Part shown: in pieces, positions 9,882-18,041 of the stretch | Layout of the letters: every line of letters starts with the position of its first letter | Numbering within the stretch: position 1 is the first letter of the stretch | IMG/VR virus record: IMGVR_UViG_3300035696_000005 | Span: 32,001-96,000 of that record | Reading direction: 5' to 3' (one strand) | Length of the DNA stretch: 64,000 nt | From: a virus | Position numbers and translations under genes: made by a program | The notes under the pieces: generated by a model | Seen by the model: only the letters and a program-made list of their open reading frames with translations | Databases searched by the model: none | What the model was told of the DNA's origin: nothing

Positions 9882-9955
9882 GTCTTCCCCCTCCACAGGT
9901 GAATCGAAGTTGGGCGTGGGTATTGATCACGCCCAACTCCTCAGTCCTAGGAAAA

Positions 9956-10093
9956 CTAGGACATCTTTAAATACAAGGAACCTATGATCGCAAGAATCCC
10001 TGCGAGCATAAGTAGAAAGGCAACCCGGCGAGTGGTATTCTCGTTTGATTGCCTTTCAGCTAGAGCGAAAAATCCTGGAACATACTTGCCCAT
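9956..10093 (-). CDS. 45-aa membrane peptide (not in ORF track)
   Basis: MGKYVPGFFALAERQSNENTTRRVAFLLMLAGILAIIGSLYLKMS; SD GGAGGG. Confidence 0.6.
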   Translation of the reverse strand: MGKYVPGFFALAERQSNENTTRRVAFLLMLAGILAIIGSLYLKMS

Positions 10094-10107
10094 GGATTAT
10101 CCCTCCG

Positions 10108-10638
10108 TTAGTTCAGCGTTGCGCCGCTCTCGTGCTCATGATGAGCGTCGCCATCGGTGCGAAAGCCGTGCTCTTCATCTGTCGGAGTCGTAGCAACGAC
10201 CCGACGATAATGAGCAGCTTTCTCTCGCTCAGCCAGCGCACGCTCTTCAACCTCTTCCTCGTATCTTTCGACACGAGCACGAAGTTTTGCCCTGCGCTTG
10301 GCAAGCTGTGCGTCGAGATCTTCGATGATCCTGATCTCGTCTTCGATAGTTGAGCCCCCTGGAGCAGCGTTCGCCTTACGGTAAGCTCGGGTTTTTGCAG
10401 CCTTCTTACCAGGAGAAACTTTGTAGCTCCTCTTGGTCTCAGTCGCAGCTGCAACAGGCTTTCCATCCAGGTAACTGCGAACAGCAGTTTCCATGGCTTC
10501 CGGAATCGCCTGCTCTTTACGAAGAGCATTGTTGTAGAAGGTGGGTGTACTGTACCCAATCTTCTTCACGAAATTGACCGCAGAAAGACCTGAGTCTTTC
10601 TGAATCTTTTTCAGTTCATTTCCTGTCATCATAATCAT
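10108..10638 (-). CDS. Cro/HTH-type DNA-binding protein with coiled-coil tail
   Basis: LKKIQKDSGLSAVNFVKKIGYSTPTFYN resembles an Xre/Cro HTH; SD AAGGAG. Confidence 0.6.
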   Translation of the reverse strand: MIMMTGNELKKIQKDSGLSAVNFVKKIGYSTPTFYNNALRKEQAIPEAMETAVRSYLDGKPVAAATETKRSYKVSPGKKAAKTRAYRKANAAPGGSTIEDEIRIIEDLDAQLAKRRAKLRARVERYEEEVEERALAEREKAAHYRRVVATTPTDEEHGFRTDGDAHHEHESGATLN

Positions 10639-10675
10639 TCTCCTTAGCTAAGTGTTTGTTAATGATGATGTTGAT

Positions 10676-10749
10676 GACTCGTTGATACGAGTCAGTCTGC
10701 CCACTTGTCTTGTAATGGAGGAGCATACGACAAGGCAAGTAGGCAGGCT
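10676..10749. ncRNA. Candidate structured RNA (two hairpins)
   Basis: About 20-bp interrupted stem 10694-10749 capped by GGAGGAG (+)/CTCCTCC (-), preceded by GACTC/GAGTC hairpin. Confidence 0.3.
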
Positions 10750-10765
10750 GTCTAATACCAAAGGG

Positions 10766-10798
10766 GAAAATTGCGGTGGGCTGTGGGAGCCCACCGCA
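10766..10798 (-). terminator. Intrinsic terminator
   Basis: TGCGGTGGGCT/AGCCCACCGCA stem then ATTTT. Confidence 0.7.
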
Positions 10799-10831
10799 CT
10801 CAGGCTAATTACCGTAGTTGTAGCCCAAGAC

Positions 10832-10999
10832 TTAGTGCTTAACGGTTTTAGCCGTTGAGCGATTCTTTTTGGATTTCTTTTTGCTCGTGGTCTTTTCGGA
10901 TGTTCCGAAAATGCGCTTACCCAGTTTGTAAGCTCCCACAGTCAGAAGCGTGGTTCCAAGAATACCGCCGCCCCACTGAACATATTTGTTGTTAAGCAT
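10832..10999 (-). CDS. 55-aa membrane-anchored basic protein (not in ORF track)
   Basis: MLNNKYVQWGGGILGTTLLTVGAYKLGKR..KKKSKK; SD AAAGGAG. Confidence 0.65.
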   Translation of the reverse strand: MLNNKYVQWGGGILGTTLLTVGAYKLGKRIFGTSEKTTSKKKSKKNRSTAKTVKH

Positions 11000-11089
11000 T
11001 CACTTCTCCTTTGTTTGTGTTGTTAACAATCACCGCCTTTATCCGTCGATAAAAGCGCGAAGTAAATTTTCTTTTTTACTTCTAACTAA

Positions 11090-11118
11090 CTTATACCCTG
11101 ATTTTGGGTATTTTAGCC
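11090..11118 (-). promoter_or_regulatory. Phage promoter with palindromic spacer
   Basis: GGCTAA-AA-TACCC-N7-GGG-TATAAG; near-identical copies at 13634-13662 and 42984-43012. Confidence 0.65.
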
Positions 11119-11176
11119 TTTGGCTCAGGGAGCGCCCTAGATACCCCAATATGGGATACCTAGGGCACCGCCCGAA

Positions 11177-11407
11177 CTACCAGCCATAGTTTTTGCGATC
11201 CTCATCGATCTCCGCCATCAACTTCTTTTCCCTTTCTTCTTGGATCAGCGCATCCCAGACGTACTGAAGTGCAACTGCTCCGATAAGACTTGCCGCCATC
11301 GCGAACCAAACTACAAAGCTGTGCTTTTGGAATGCAATGTAAGCAAGCATGAGAGGAATGAATGGGGCAGAATCAACATAGTATTCGCGTATGGTGATCT
11401 TCCTCAT
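11177..11407 (-). CDS. Hypothetical membrane protein
   Basis: Two hydrophobic segments; ATGA coupling. Confidence 0.65.
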   Translation of the reverse strand: MRKITIREYYVDSAPFIPLMLAYIAFQKHSFVVWFAMAASLIGAVALQYVWDALIQEEREKKLMAEIDEDRKNYGW

Positions 11408-11595
11408 GACTTTCTCTTTTTCTTTGAGGATTTCTTCTTTGAGGAAGGCTTCCTTTCGTTTCCCCCAAATTCAAAGATATAGCTCGGTCTGCTATTATTA
11501 CCGGTTGCTGCTTCAACTATATCGACTACACAACCAGTCAGAATGAGCGTACCGAACAACGATTTCCATGGGTTATCGAAGATTTGCTTTAACAT
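11404..11595 (-). CDS. Small membrane/basic-tail protein
   Basis: Hydrophobic N-half, KKKSSKKKRKS tail. Confidence 0.6.
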   Translation of the reverse strand: MLKQIFDNPWKSLFGTLILTGCVVDIVEAATGNNSRPSYIFEFGGNERKPSSKKKSSKKKRKS

Positions 11596-11877
11596 TTACT
11601 TTGACCTCCTATCAGCTTCTTTGCTTATGTTTTCGATTGCGACAACAACCACGTCTACCTTGCAGTTTAGAGCGTTCAGGAGTTCCTGAAGATCCATTCT
11701 TTCCGGTAGTCTCTTTTGAACATGACATTCAGAAAGCGCGGCCATTAAATCAACCGCACTTCCTTGAAGATCATTAATAGCCCGCAGCAAGAGTGCTGTG
11801 TCTGCCGCAGCGCTATCAATCAAATCCTCATTGAGCCTAAAAGCATGTAACTGTTCTTTCGAGGGATTTCTTTCCAT
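11596..11877 (-). CDS. Hypothetical protein
   Basis: SD AAAGGAG; helical. Confidence 0.65.
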   Translation of the reverse strand: MERNPSKEQLHAFRLNEDLIDSAAADTALLLRAINDLQGSAVDLMAALSECHVQKRLPERMDLQELLNALNCKVDVVVVAIENISKEADRRSK

Positions 11878-11896
11878 GTGTCTCTCCTTTCACAAA

Positions 11897-11925
11897 GTGC
11901 CCCCACGAGACTGGCGTGGGGGCAC
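11897..11925 (-). terminator. 11-bp hairpin (weak terminator or processing site)
   Basis: GTGCCCCCACG/CGTGGGGGCAC with only TTTG after. Confidence 0.5.
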
Positions 11926-11983
11926 CCAATAACTGCTCTATAGACGTCCTAGGAACGCCACCAAACTACAGAGCAGTAGCTTA

Positions 11984-12712
11984 TTATTGAACGTTAATCG
12001 TAACCGGCAGCGTAAGTGCTGCAGGCATGTTAGCGTTCGTGTAGGTCGCGACTTCCGGATAGGTTGCCGTAGTTCCGCTACCACCAATGGTTGCACATCC
12101 CTGCCCATCTCCCAGGTAGGAGTAGAAAGTATGTGAACCACCCGTAGTAGACGTCACCTTATAAAAGACACCCGTATTGTGGAAAACGGTATTTACAGCC
12201 ATCGTGTTCACTGCGAAGGGAGTTCCCGAGCAGTTCACCGATGTGAAATACAGGCTTCCAGAATTCGGCTGACCGTTATAAGCGTAGCCTACAGCAACAC
12301 CGTTGGTAGCATCCCACACAGTGTAGCCGGTCGAAGCAGTGGCAATACCTCCCATGAGGTAGGTGCCTACTTGCGAACCGTTACCGTTGGTCAAAATCCA
12401 CATGGTTGCCGCAGTTCCTTGAGGACCTTGGGGACCCTGAGGACCAGTAGCACCCGTAGCTCCTGTAGCTCCGGCTGCGCCTTTGAATGCACTCAATGAT
12501 GATGCCGGAGCGCTAACGGTCATTCCGTTATCGCAGGTCATCGTCAAGTTTCCACTACCATCAGTGGAGGTTGTGCAATTCGTAGCACCACTTGCGGTAC
12601 CATTGTTTACGTTCGCTGTGACAGAACCACTTCCGCTTCCACTACCGCCGTCACAAGCGGTTAGGGTAATCATAGCCAAGGACACGACACCAATCAGCAT
12701 AGCGTTCTTCAT
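11984..12712 (-). CDS. Lipoprotein with collagen-like repeat
   Basis: Signal peptide with lipobox LTAC; (G-x-y)n GAAGATGATGATGPQGPQGPQG; Thr/Gly-rich beta C-domain. Confidence 0.8.
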   Translation of the reverse strand: MKNAMLIGVVSLAMITLTACDGGSGSGSGSVTANVNNGTASGATNCTTSTDGSGNLTMTCDNGMTVSAPASSLSAFKGAAGATGATGATGPQGPQGPQGTAATMWILTNGNGSQVGTYLMGGIATASTGYTVWDATNGVAVGYAYNGQPNSGSLYFTSVNCSGTPFAVNTMAVNTVFHNTGVFYKVTSTTGGSHTFYSYLGDGQGCATIGGSGTTATYPEVATYTNANMPAALTLPVTINVQ

Positions 12713-12789
12713 ATGGGTCTCCTTTGTTTGTGGTTATTCGATAGCAACTCACCCTTTTGGATGGATGGTGCTTCTGCACACGTGCAGCG

Positions 12790-13227
12790 TTATCTGACGA
12801 CGATCCGAAGCAGTACAAGCTTTCGCCCGCACCACTTCAGATCCTTCGTTACCTTTATGAATTCACGAAGCGTAGAATATCCAGGACGGAACATATACCA
12901 CCATTTGAGATGTCTCTCGATCTGCTCTCCGCTTTCGCGCAAAACAGCAATGGCTGCATCTTCTACACTACTCATGTCAGGCACAAACTCTTCATCAAAC
13001 ATATCCTGATCACTCCCAAACTTGCCTGCAATTTGGGTTGCAAAATCCACGGTCGATTTCCTTTTCGCTTTCTCACGAACGATAGCGATGAGTTGAAGTC
13101 TAACTCTTCTTACCCACAGCTGCCGCTCGTTTACTAGTCTTTGCTGGTAGAGTTCCCAGCTCGACTCTCCTGACTGTCTTTGTAATGACACTCTGGTCTC
13201 CTTTCTCGATCCGGTTGATCGCCTCAC
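12790..13227 (-). CDS. Hypothetical protein (true start uncertain)
   Basis: C-terminal two thirds look protein-like; 5' part overlaps upstream gene. Confidence 0.45.
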   Translation of the reverse strand: MRRSTGSRKETRVSLQRQSGESSWELYQQRLVNERQLWVRRVRLQLIAIVREKAKRKSTVDFATQIAGKFGSDQDMFDEEFVPDMSSVEDAAIAVLRESGEQIERHLKWWYMFRPGYSTLREFIKVTKDLKWCGRKLVLLRIVVR

Positions 13228-13480
13228 CGAGACGACTATCTAGATCTCCTAGAGCCCTGATGTGGTAGTCTGCCTCAAGAAAGAGCCGTTCAAGCAGTTC
13301 GGGATAGTTTCTGTTTTCGAAGTTACCTGGCTCAAGCTTTCTTACGAAAGATAAGAGCGCAGAGTAATCCTTCCTCAGTTTTTCAAAACCCCTTCTGACT
13401 GTACGGATTCCATCTTTTCTGACTGACTCCACGATGCGGAGTTCTCTTGGGTCAATTAGCACGGGTTTAGGCTGTGCCAT
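13100..13480 (-). CDS. Hypothetical protein
   Basis: SD AAAGGAG; helical. Confidence 0.7.
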   Translation of the reverse strand: MAQPKPVLIDPRELRIVESVRKDGIRTVRRGFEKLRKDYSALLSFVRKLEPGNFENRNYPELLERLFLEADYHIRALGDLDSRLGEAINRIEKGDQSVITKTVRRVELGTLPAKTSKRAAAVGKKS

Positions 13481-13633
13481 GGCCTCTCCTTTCCAATACC
13501 TAAAGACTTCCCAAAACCTAAGACCTAGCCTTCACTCAAACTACAAGTTCGGGCCAGGTCCTAAGTCACTCTTGAGAAGTATGGAAATACAGTTAGAAAT
13601 GAACCATGCAGTAGCTAATTCATTCCTAGCCAT

Positions 13634-13662
13634 CTTATACCCCGAAAAAGGGTATTTTTGCC
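13634..13662 (-). promoter_or_regulatory. Phage promoter with palindromic spacer
   Basis: GGCAAA-AA-TACCC-N7-GGG-TATAAG. Confidence 0.65.
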
Positions 13663-13689
13663 TATCTGGGAGGGGGGTCTAAAAAGGGG

Positions 13690-13905
13690 CTATTTTAGTG
13701 GTTTTGGGATCTTGGTTCCGCGCTGGAAACCGCTGACGTTAAAGTCACGTTTGACGAGTTCTGGCTCAAGGGAGGCGTAAGGCTTACCAAGCTCTACCTG
13801 CCTGCGAAGACCGGCTTTGATCTTGGCTTCTTGAGCAGCAGCACCGGCAGCCTGAGGTTTAACCCAAGAAAGCGCTTTTGAGATGAGTCCGGATTTAAAT
13901 GCCAT
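13690..13905 (-). CDS. Small basic protein with leader-like N-terminus
   Basis: MAFKSGLISKA, sharing MAFKSG with 36853 gene; TAAACT 6 nt before ATG. Confidence 0.6.
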   Translation of the reverse strand: MAFKSGLISKALSWVKPQAAGAAAQEAKIKAGLRRQVELGKPYASLEPELVKRDFNVSGFQRGTKIPKPLK

Positions 13906-13927
13906 GAGAGTAGTTTACCCAATAAGT

Positions 13928-13961
13928 AAAAAAAGTACTAGCCCCAACCGGGGCTAGTACT
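13928..13961 (-). terminator. Intrinsic terminator
   Basis: AGTACTAGCCC/GGGCTAGTACT stem then T7. Confidence 0.8.
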
Positions 13962-14235
13962 AGTTGAGCCAGGACTTTCTACGACCGTCAGTAGCAGTGG
14001 GTTCTTCCTGAGCCACGGGCTCAGGCGCGGCTTCAGTTGTCATCTTGTGCGCAATGAGCCGGATGCGCTGATGCTCGGTAGCAAGATCATGTTTCAGTTC
14101 TTGTACCTCTTTGAGTAGCTGTTCTAACTCGGCGTTAGCCCTAAGTTGAACTTGGTAGGCTTTCTTGCCTACCACTGAGTAGTAGATACTGACAATCGAC
14201 GAAAGTCCCAGAATCAATGTAAGGAACGTTTGCAT
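13960..14235 (-). CDS. Membrane-anchored coiled-coil protein
   Basis: N-terminal TM helix then heptad-like stretch. Confidence 0.65.
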   Translation of the reverse strand: MQTFLTLILGLSSIVSIYYSVVGKKAYQVQLRANAELEQLLKEVQELKHDLATEHQRIRLIAHKMTTEAAPEPVAQEEPTATDGRRKSWLN

Positions 14236-14239
14236 CTCT

Positions 14240-14512
14240 TTAGTTTAGCACAGCTCTCGGATTCTCGGAACGTAGCGGCAGGATCTTCTTTCCGGGGTCG
14301 TCTGAGGTAATGGTTGTATAGGCTTGACGCTCGGGCTCTTTCTCCGAATAGAAAGTCACGCTACGTGAGAATGGGAGCTCCGCCTCCTGATTATCCAGCG
14401 TATTGTTTTTAAGCTCATGCTCCAAGCGATCCGCAGCTTCTCTCAGAAGCTTAGGCGTGACTGGGATACGGATGGTTGATTTTGTGCTGAGGCTTTCGAG
14501 TGGTTTTTCCAT
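14240..14512 (-). CDS. Hypothetical protein
   Basis: SD AGGAG. Confidence 0.65.
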   Translation of the reverse strand: MEKPLESLSTKSTIRIPVTPKLLREAADRLEHELKNNTLDNQEAELPFSRSVTFYSEKEPERQAYTTITSDDPGKKILPLRSENPRAVLN

Positions 14513-14521
14513 TTGGGTCTC

Positions 14522-14800
14522 CTATAGTTTTATTTTGGCGAGTTCTTTCATTTCGTTCACGCATTCCTGTACCTGAGTCTCCAACCACTTAGCTCTTGCC
14601 AGAACGTCTTCATAAGTTGCCTTTCTATAAACATTTACGATGCTCGTTTTTCCGTTGGGTGTTTCGATAAACCACAAAACAAGATCTGGGAAGAATGGAT
14701 CGCTTTCCTGATAGGGTTCCTTTTCAAGACGGAAAACCACATCGTGGTTGGTAAATGTGCTCACCAAGTAATCGCCTACTTTGAAATCAGGTTTACTCAT
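14522..14800 (-). CDS. Hypothetical protein
   Basis: SD GAGGTGGGG; ATGA coupling. Confidence 0.65.
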   Translation of the reverse strand: MSKPDFKVGDYLVSTFTNHDVVFRLEKEPYQESDPFFPDLVLWFIETPNGKTSIVNVYRKATYEDVLARAKWLETQVQECVNEMKELAKIKL

Positions 14801-15072
14801 TTCCTCCCCACCTCCTCGTTACACACTTCAACCGCAAATCTGAGCGCCATCGCAGCAACCTGGATGGCTTCTTTTCGCATGGCTACAATGTCTCTCTTCT
14901 TTTGATTGAGTTTCACGTGATCCCAAAGTTCATCGACTTCTTCAAGTAAAACTCCATATCCTTCGTGAGCAGAATTCATGGAGGGCCATTTCTCCATTGT
15001 TTCATGCGCTTCTTTGTAGGCTGCGGAAGTAGCGTTACCTAGTTCGTCTTTTGGCCAATCCGTCCATGCCAT
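14797..15072 (-). CDS. MazG-like nucleotide pyrophosphohydrolase
   Basis: [26 protein letters not shown] all-alpha NTP-PPase pattern. Confidence 0.7.
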   Translation of the reverse strand: MAWTDWPKDELGNATSAAYKEAHETMEKWPSMNSAHEGYGVLLEEVDELWDHVKLNQKKRDIVAMRKEAIQVAAMALRFAVEVCNEEVGRK

Positions 15073-15082
15073 TGTTTTTCTC

Positions 15083-15544
15083 CTAAGTTTTGTTTAGTTT
15101 TTTTATTACCTTCTTGGGCCAATTAAGCGGCCACTGATACGGGAATTTGTGCATTCCCCTATCAAGCCATTCTTGGATTGCGTCTTCGACTTTCCATCCA
15201 GATACTGCAATCCTAAATAGACAGCAGACTAACCCAGTGCGGTCAACTCCGTGCGTACAATGAACGTAGACAGCTCCGCCTCTATCGAGCTCAGTAGTAA
15301 TCGTATGCAGGATGTGGAAGAGGTAATCCCACGTGGGGAATCTGAAATCTCCAATCGGAAGGTGCGCAACCGCAATCCCTTCGTCATGAAGTTGCATATC
15401 CTCAGTAAACGAGATCTCATCCCACGCTGTTTGAAGATCGATGCAAAGCGTGATTCCAAATTTCTTGAGTTCATTTACATCGGTTGGGTGTGGACCTCGG
15501 TAAAGTCTTTCAGATACTGGTATAATCATTGGTCCGAACTCCAT
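15083..15544 (-). CDS. Dual-specificity/tyrosine protein phosphatase
   Basis: P-loop [11 protein letters not shown] (HCxxGxxR); LYRGPHP. Confidence 0.85.
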   Translation of the reverse strand: MEFGPMIIPVSERLYRGPHPTDVNELKKFGITLCIDLQTAWDEISFTEDMQLHDEGIAVAHLPIGDFRFPTWDYLFHILHTITTELDRGGAVYVHCTHGVDRTGLVCCLFRIAVSGWKVEDAIQEWLDRGMHKFPYQWPLNWPKKVIKKLNKT

Positions 15545-15729
15545 CTCTTATCACAGAATGTGCAGTGATGGTCGGTCCAGTACCGGTCTGCACTGGGATC
15601 GTAGTTTCCTGTATTGCTTCGGTTTACCGATACAATCACATCTTTTGGATGAGAACAATTCTTTTGAATGTTAATGAGTTTAAGTTCAAGCTGTGTGATC
15701 TGCTCCTTAATCTCTTGTACGATTGTCAT
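15526..15729 (-). CDS. Small Cys/His protein
   Basis: CSHP..CTFC. Confidence 0.6.
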   Translation of the reverse strand: MTIVQEIKEQITQLELKLINIQKNCSHPKDVIVSVNRSNTGNYDPSADRYWTDHHCTFCDKRWSSDQ

Positions 15730-15953
15730 ATTCTCGTCCTATGTTTCCTATCCCACTCTTCGCAGGCTTTTTTGTGGGCTTCGATTTCCTCTTCTCTACA
15801 ACACTGGGGATCTGGGGAGAAGTCGTGTGGATTCTCTGGTCTGAAAAACCCGTATCCAAACTGCTCCTCCCCCTCCTCGTCGATGTAGACGTAGCTGCCA
15901 ATTCCCCAGCCGTTGCCGCAAACGTGAACATGGATCTTATTTTCATCTGTCAT
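15726..15953 (-). CDS. Hypothetical protein
   Basis: Coupled to pol stop; acidic/Cys-containing. Confidence 0.6.
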   Translation of the reverse strand: MTDENKIHVHVCGNGWGIGSYVYIDEEGEEQFGYGFFRPENPHDFSPDPQCCREEEIEAHKKACEEWDRKHRTRI

Positions 15954-15954
15954 A

Positions 15955-17829
15955 TTATTTCGTCCAATAAGGAACTAGGTGCCCTTCCACAGTGACAGGC
16001 ACTCGGCTACAATAGCGCTGCCCGCATTCAATCATGATCTTCTTTTGAAGTTCATGAACTTCTTGTGCGTCTTTCTTTGCTGCATCAAGGACTGTCTCGT
16101 CATAGACCGAGTTGTAGAATCTGACATCATAGTTTCTCCGTTTGAACTCCCTTCTCATCTCTGCCATGGAAACTTTGGTCCATTCCACGTTGGTGGACTG
16201 GATATCAAAGTTGGCCGACTCACGCTCAATTGCAGCCCACTGCATTTTGACTTTCTCATGCGCAAGCTGGTTGATCTTGGTTTCTTCCTGGATACTGAGA
16301 TCCTTGTTTAGATTCTTCTTACCCAAAAACTCAAGTTTGACTGCAGCCTGAGCCTTATAGAAGTTAGGAGCAGTCCAACGTCTTTTTCTTCCAATGACGT
16401 TGATCATCTCCAGGTTCTTTCTCCCAAGCTTCTTATTGGCATCAAGATACTTGATCGCAACTTTGAAGGTCTCTTTGTAGCGCCTGAAGAGTTCCTGGCA
16501 TTCCTCTAGCGTAACCTTATGACCTTCAGCATTGAGCTTGGCATAAAGCTTAGCCGGTCCCATTCCGTAAGCCAGACCGAAATTAAGCGTCTTCGTAGGT
16601 GTACGGATGGGGTCGTCTTTGAGCACCTCTCGGTTAAATAGCATCGAAGCCACATAACAGTGGAAGTCGACACCTCGATTGAAACCCTCAACCATCAATG
16701 GATCACCTGAGCGATCAGCAAGAATCCTGAGCTCAGCTCCTGAAAAATCCACGGTTGAAATCAATCTTCCGAAATCAGTTACGAATGCATGGCGGAAGCG
16801 TTTTTCTCTAGGGACGTTCAAGATGTTGGGCTTAGGACAGGTGGGTCGTCCCGTATCAGTTCCCAGTTGGTCAATCCTAGGATGAATTCTTCCCGTGGTG
16901 GGATGAATTGCATCCAAGTAAGGCTGTCCATAAGTGCCAAGTGCCTTTTGTGCTTCTCGGTAGTAATCAAGCGCTTTGATTACCGGAAGGTGCCCAATCT
17001 TCTTTCGAGTCGCGTCGTTCGTATCGGAGATCTTGGCTCCGTCAACTTTGATTCCCATTCTCTGGAGTCCATAAAGGATCGTTGGTTGGGAAGCATAGTT
17101 GATATCCAAATTGCCGAATAGGTCGCGATCAAAGAAGGGCTCAAAAAACGTCCCTAGATTGGATTCAGCCTCCTTCATCTTTTTGTAGTTGTCATCCATG
17201 ATCTTTCGCCAGGCGGGTTCGTCGATCTTAAGACCGTGAAAGTAAATATCGGCGAAAGCAGGGATCACGTTATTTTCGATTTCCCAAGCCTTGGTAATCC
17301 CTTGAGCTATGATCTCTTTATTCATAGCATCGTGGAGAGGAAATAGATCGCTTGTATCTTCAGCAGCGTATTGAAGCTGATCCAAGGTGAACTCACCCTT
17401 GTGTCCGATAAAGCTCTTTTGGAGACTCTTATCTCTTTCCTTACCCAGGTACTTTTTGGTTATGGCTTCCAAACTGAAACCGTCCCATTGAACACCAGCA
17501 CCTAAAAGCTTTTCGCCTAGATGTAGACACTTCAATCCTTCGACTTCAATTCCACATGTTCCTTTGACCATGGAATAATCGAAAAAGAGATAGACACCGA
17601 TCTTAGCGATGTCCTCGCGCTCAAGGGGTTCTTTCAAAGCGAGAAGACATCTCACATCTTGGGTATCAATCAGATAGGTCTTTTCTCGGGTTGAGATCGA
17701 AACAAGGACAACCTTGTCTGTATGCGGATCAAGGCCCGTGGTTTCCGTATCGAATGCGATCTCAGGTTCGACGAGGAGTTGCTTTGCTAGTCTTTCGACC
17801 TCGCTTGGGGTTCTCAGGTAAAGATACAT
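15955..17829 (-). CDS. Family A DNA polymerase (3'-5' exonuclease + polymerase, no 5' nuclease)
   Basis: ExoI FDTETTG, ExoIII YAAED, motif A DFSGAELR, motif B RTPTKTLNFGLAYG, motif C VYDE; ATG 17829 after AGGAG. Confidence 0.95.
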   Translation of the reverse strand: MYLYLRTPSEVERLAKQLLVEPEIAFDTETTGLDPHTDKVVLVSISTREKTYLIDTQDVRCLLALKEPLEREDIAKIGVYLFFDYSMVKGTCGIEVEGLKCLHLGEKLLGAGVQWDGFSLEAITKKYLGKERDKSLQKSFIGHKGEFTLDQLQYAAEDTSDLFPLHDAMNKEIIAQGITKAWEIENNVIPAFADIYFHGLKIDEPAWRKIMDDNYKKMKEAESNLGTFFEPFFDRDLFGNLDINYASQPTILYGLQRMGIKVDGAKISDTNDATRKKIGHLPVIKALDYYREAQKALGTYGQPYLDAIHPTTGRIHPRIDQLGTDTGRPTCPKPNILNVPREKRFRHAFVTDFGRLISTVDFSGAELRILADRSGDPLMVEGFNRGVDFHCYVASMLFNREVLKDDPIRTPTKTLNFGLAYGMGPAKLYAKLNAEGHKVTLEECQELFRRYKETFKVAIKYLDANKKLGRKNLEMINVIGRKRRWTAPNFYKAQAAVKLEFLGKKNLNKDLSIQEETKINQLAHEKVKMQWAAIERESANFDIQSTNVEWTKVSMAEMRREFKRRNYDVRFYNSVYDETVLDAAKKDAQEVHELQKKIMIECGQRYCSRVPVTVEGHLVPYWTK

Positions 17830-17974
17830 TTTGGATCTCCTCGGATTCACGGACGGTTGGAACATCGCGCCATTCAAAATCGGCAGCGTTCGATCCTCTG
17901 ATTCTATATTGAAGAACCTTCCAAAGCTTGCCTGGAGGCGTGTGTTCAGGCACGTAATATCTGAGCTCGATCAT
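17762..17974 (-). CDS. Hypothetical protein
   Basis: SD TAGGAG; overlaps pol start. Confidence 0.55.
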   Translation of the reverse strand: MIELRYYVPEHTPPGKLWKVLQYRIRGSNAADFEWRDVPTVRESEEIQNVSLPENPKRGRKTSKATPRRT

Positions 17975-18041
17975 TGTGATTCTCCTAAGTTTTAGTATCC
18001 ACTCCGTTTGAGCGCAGGTGTTAATACAGAACTTGCATGAG

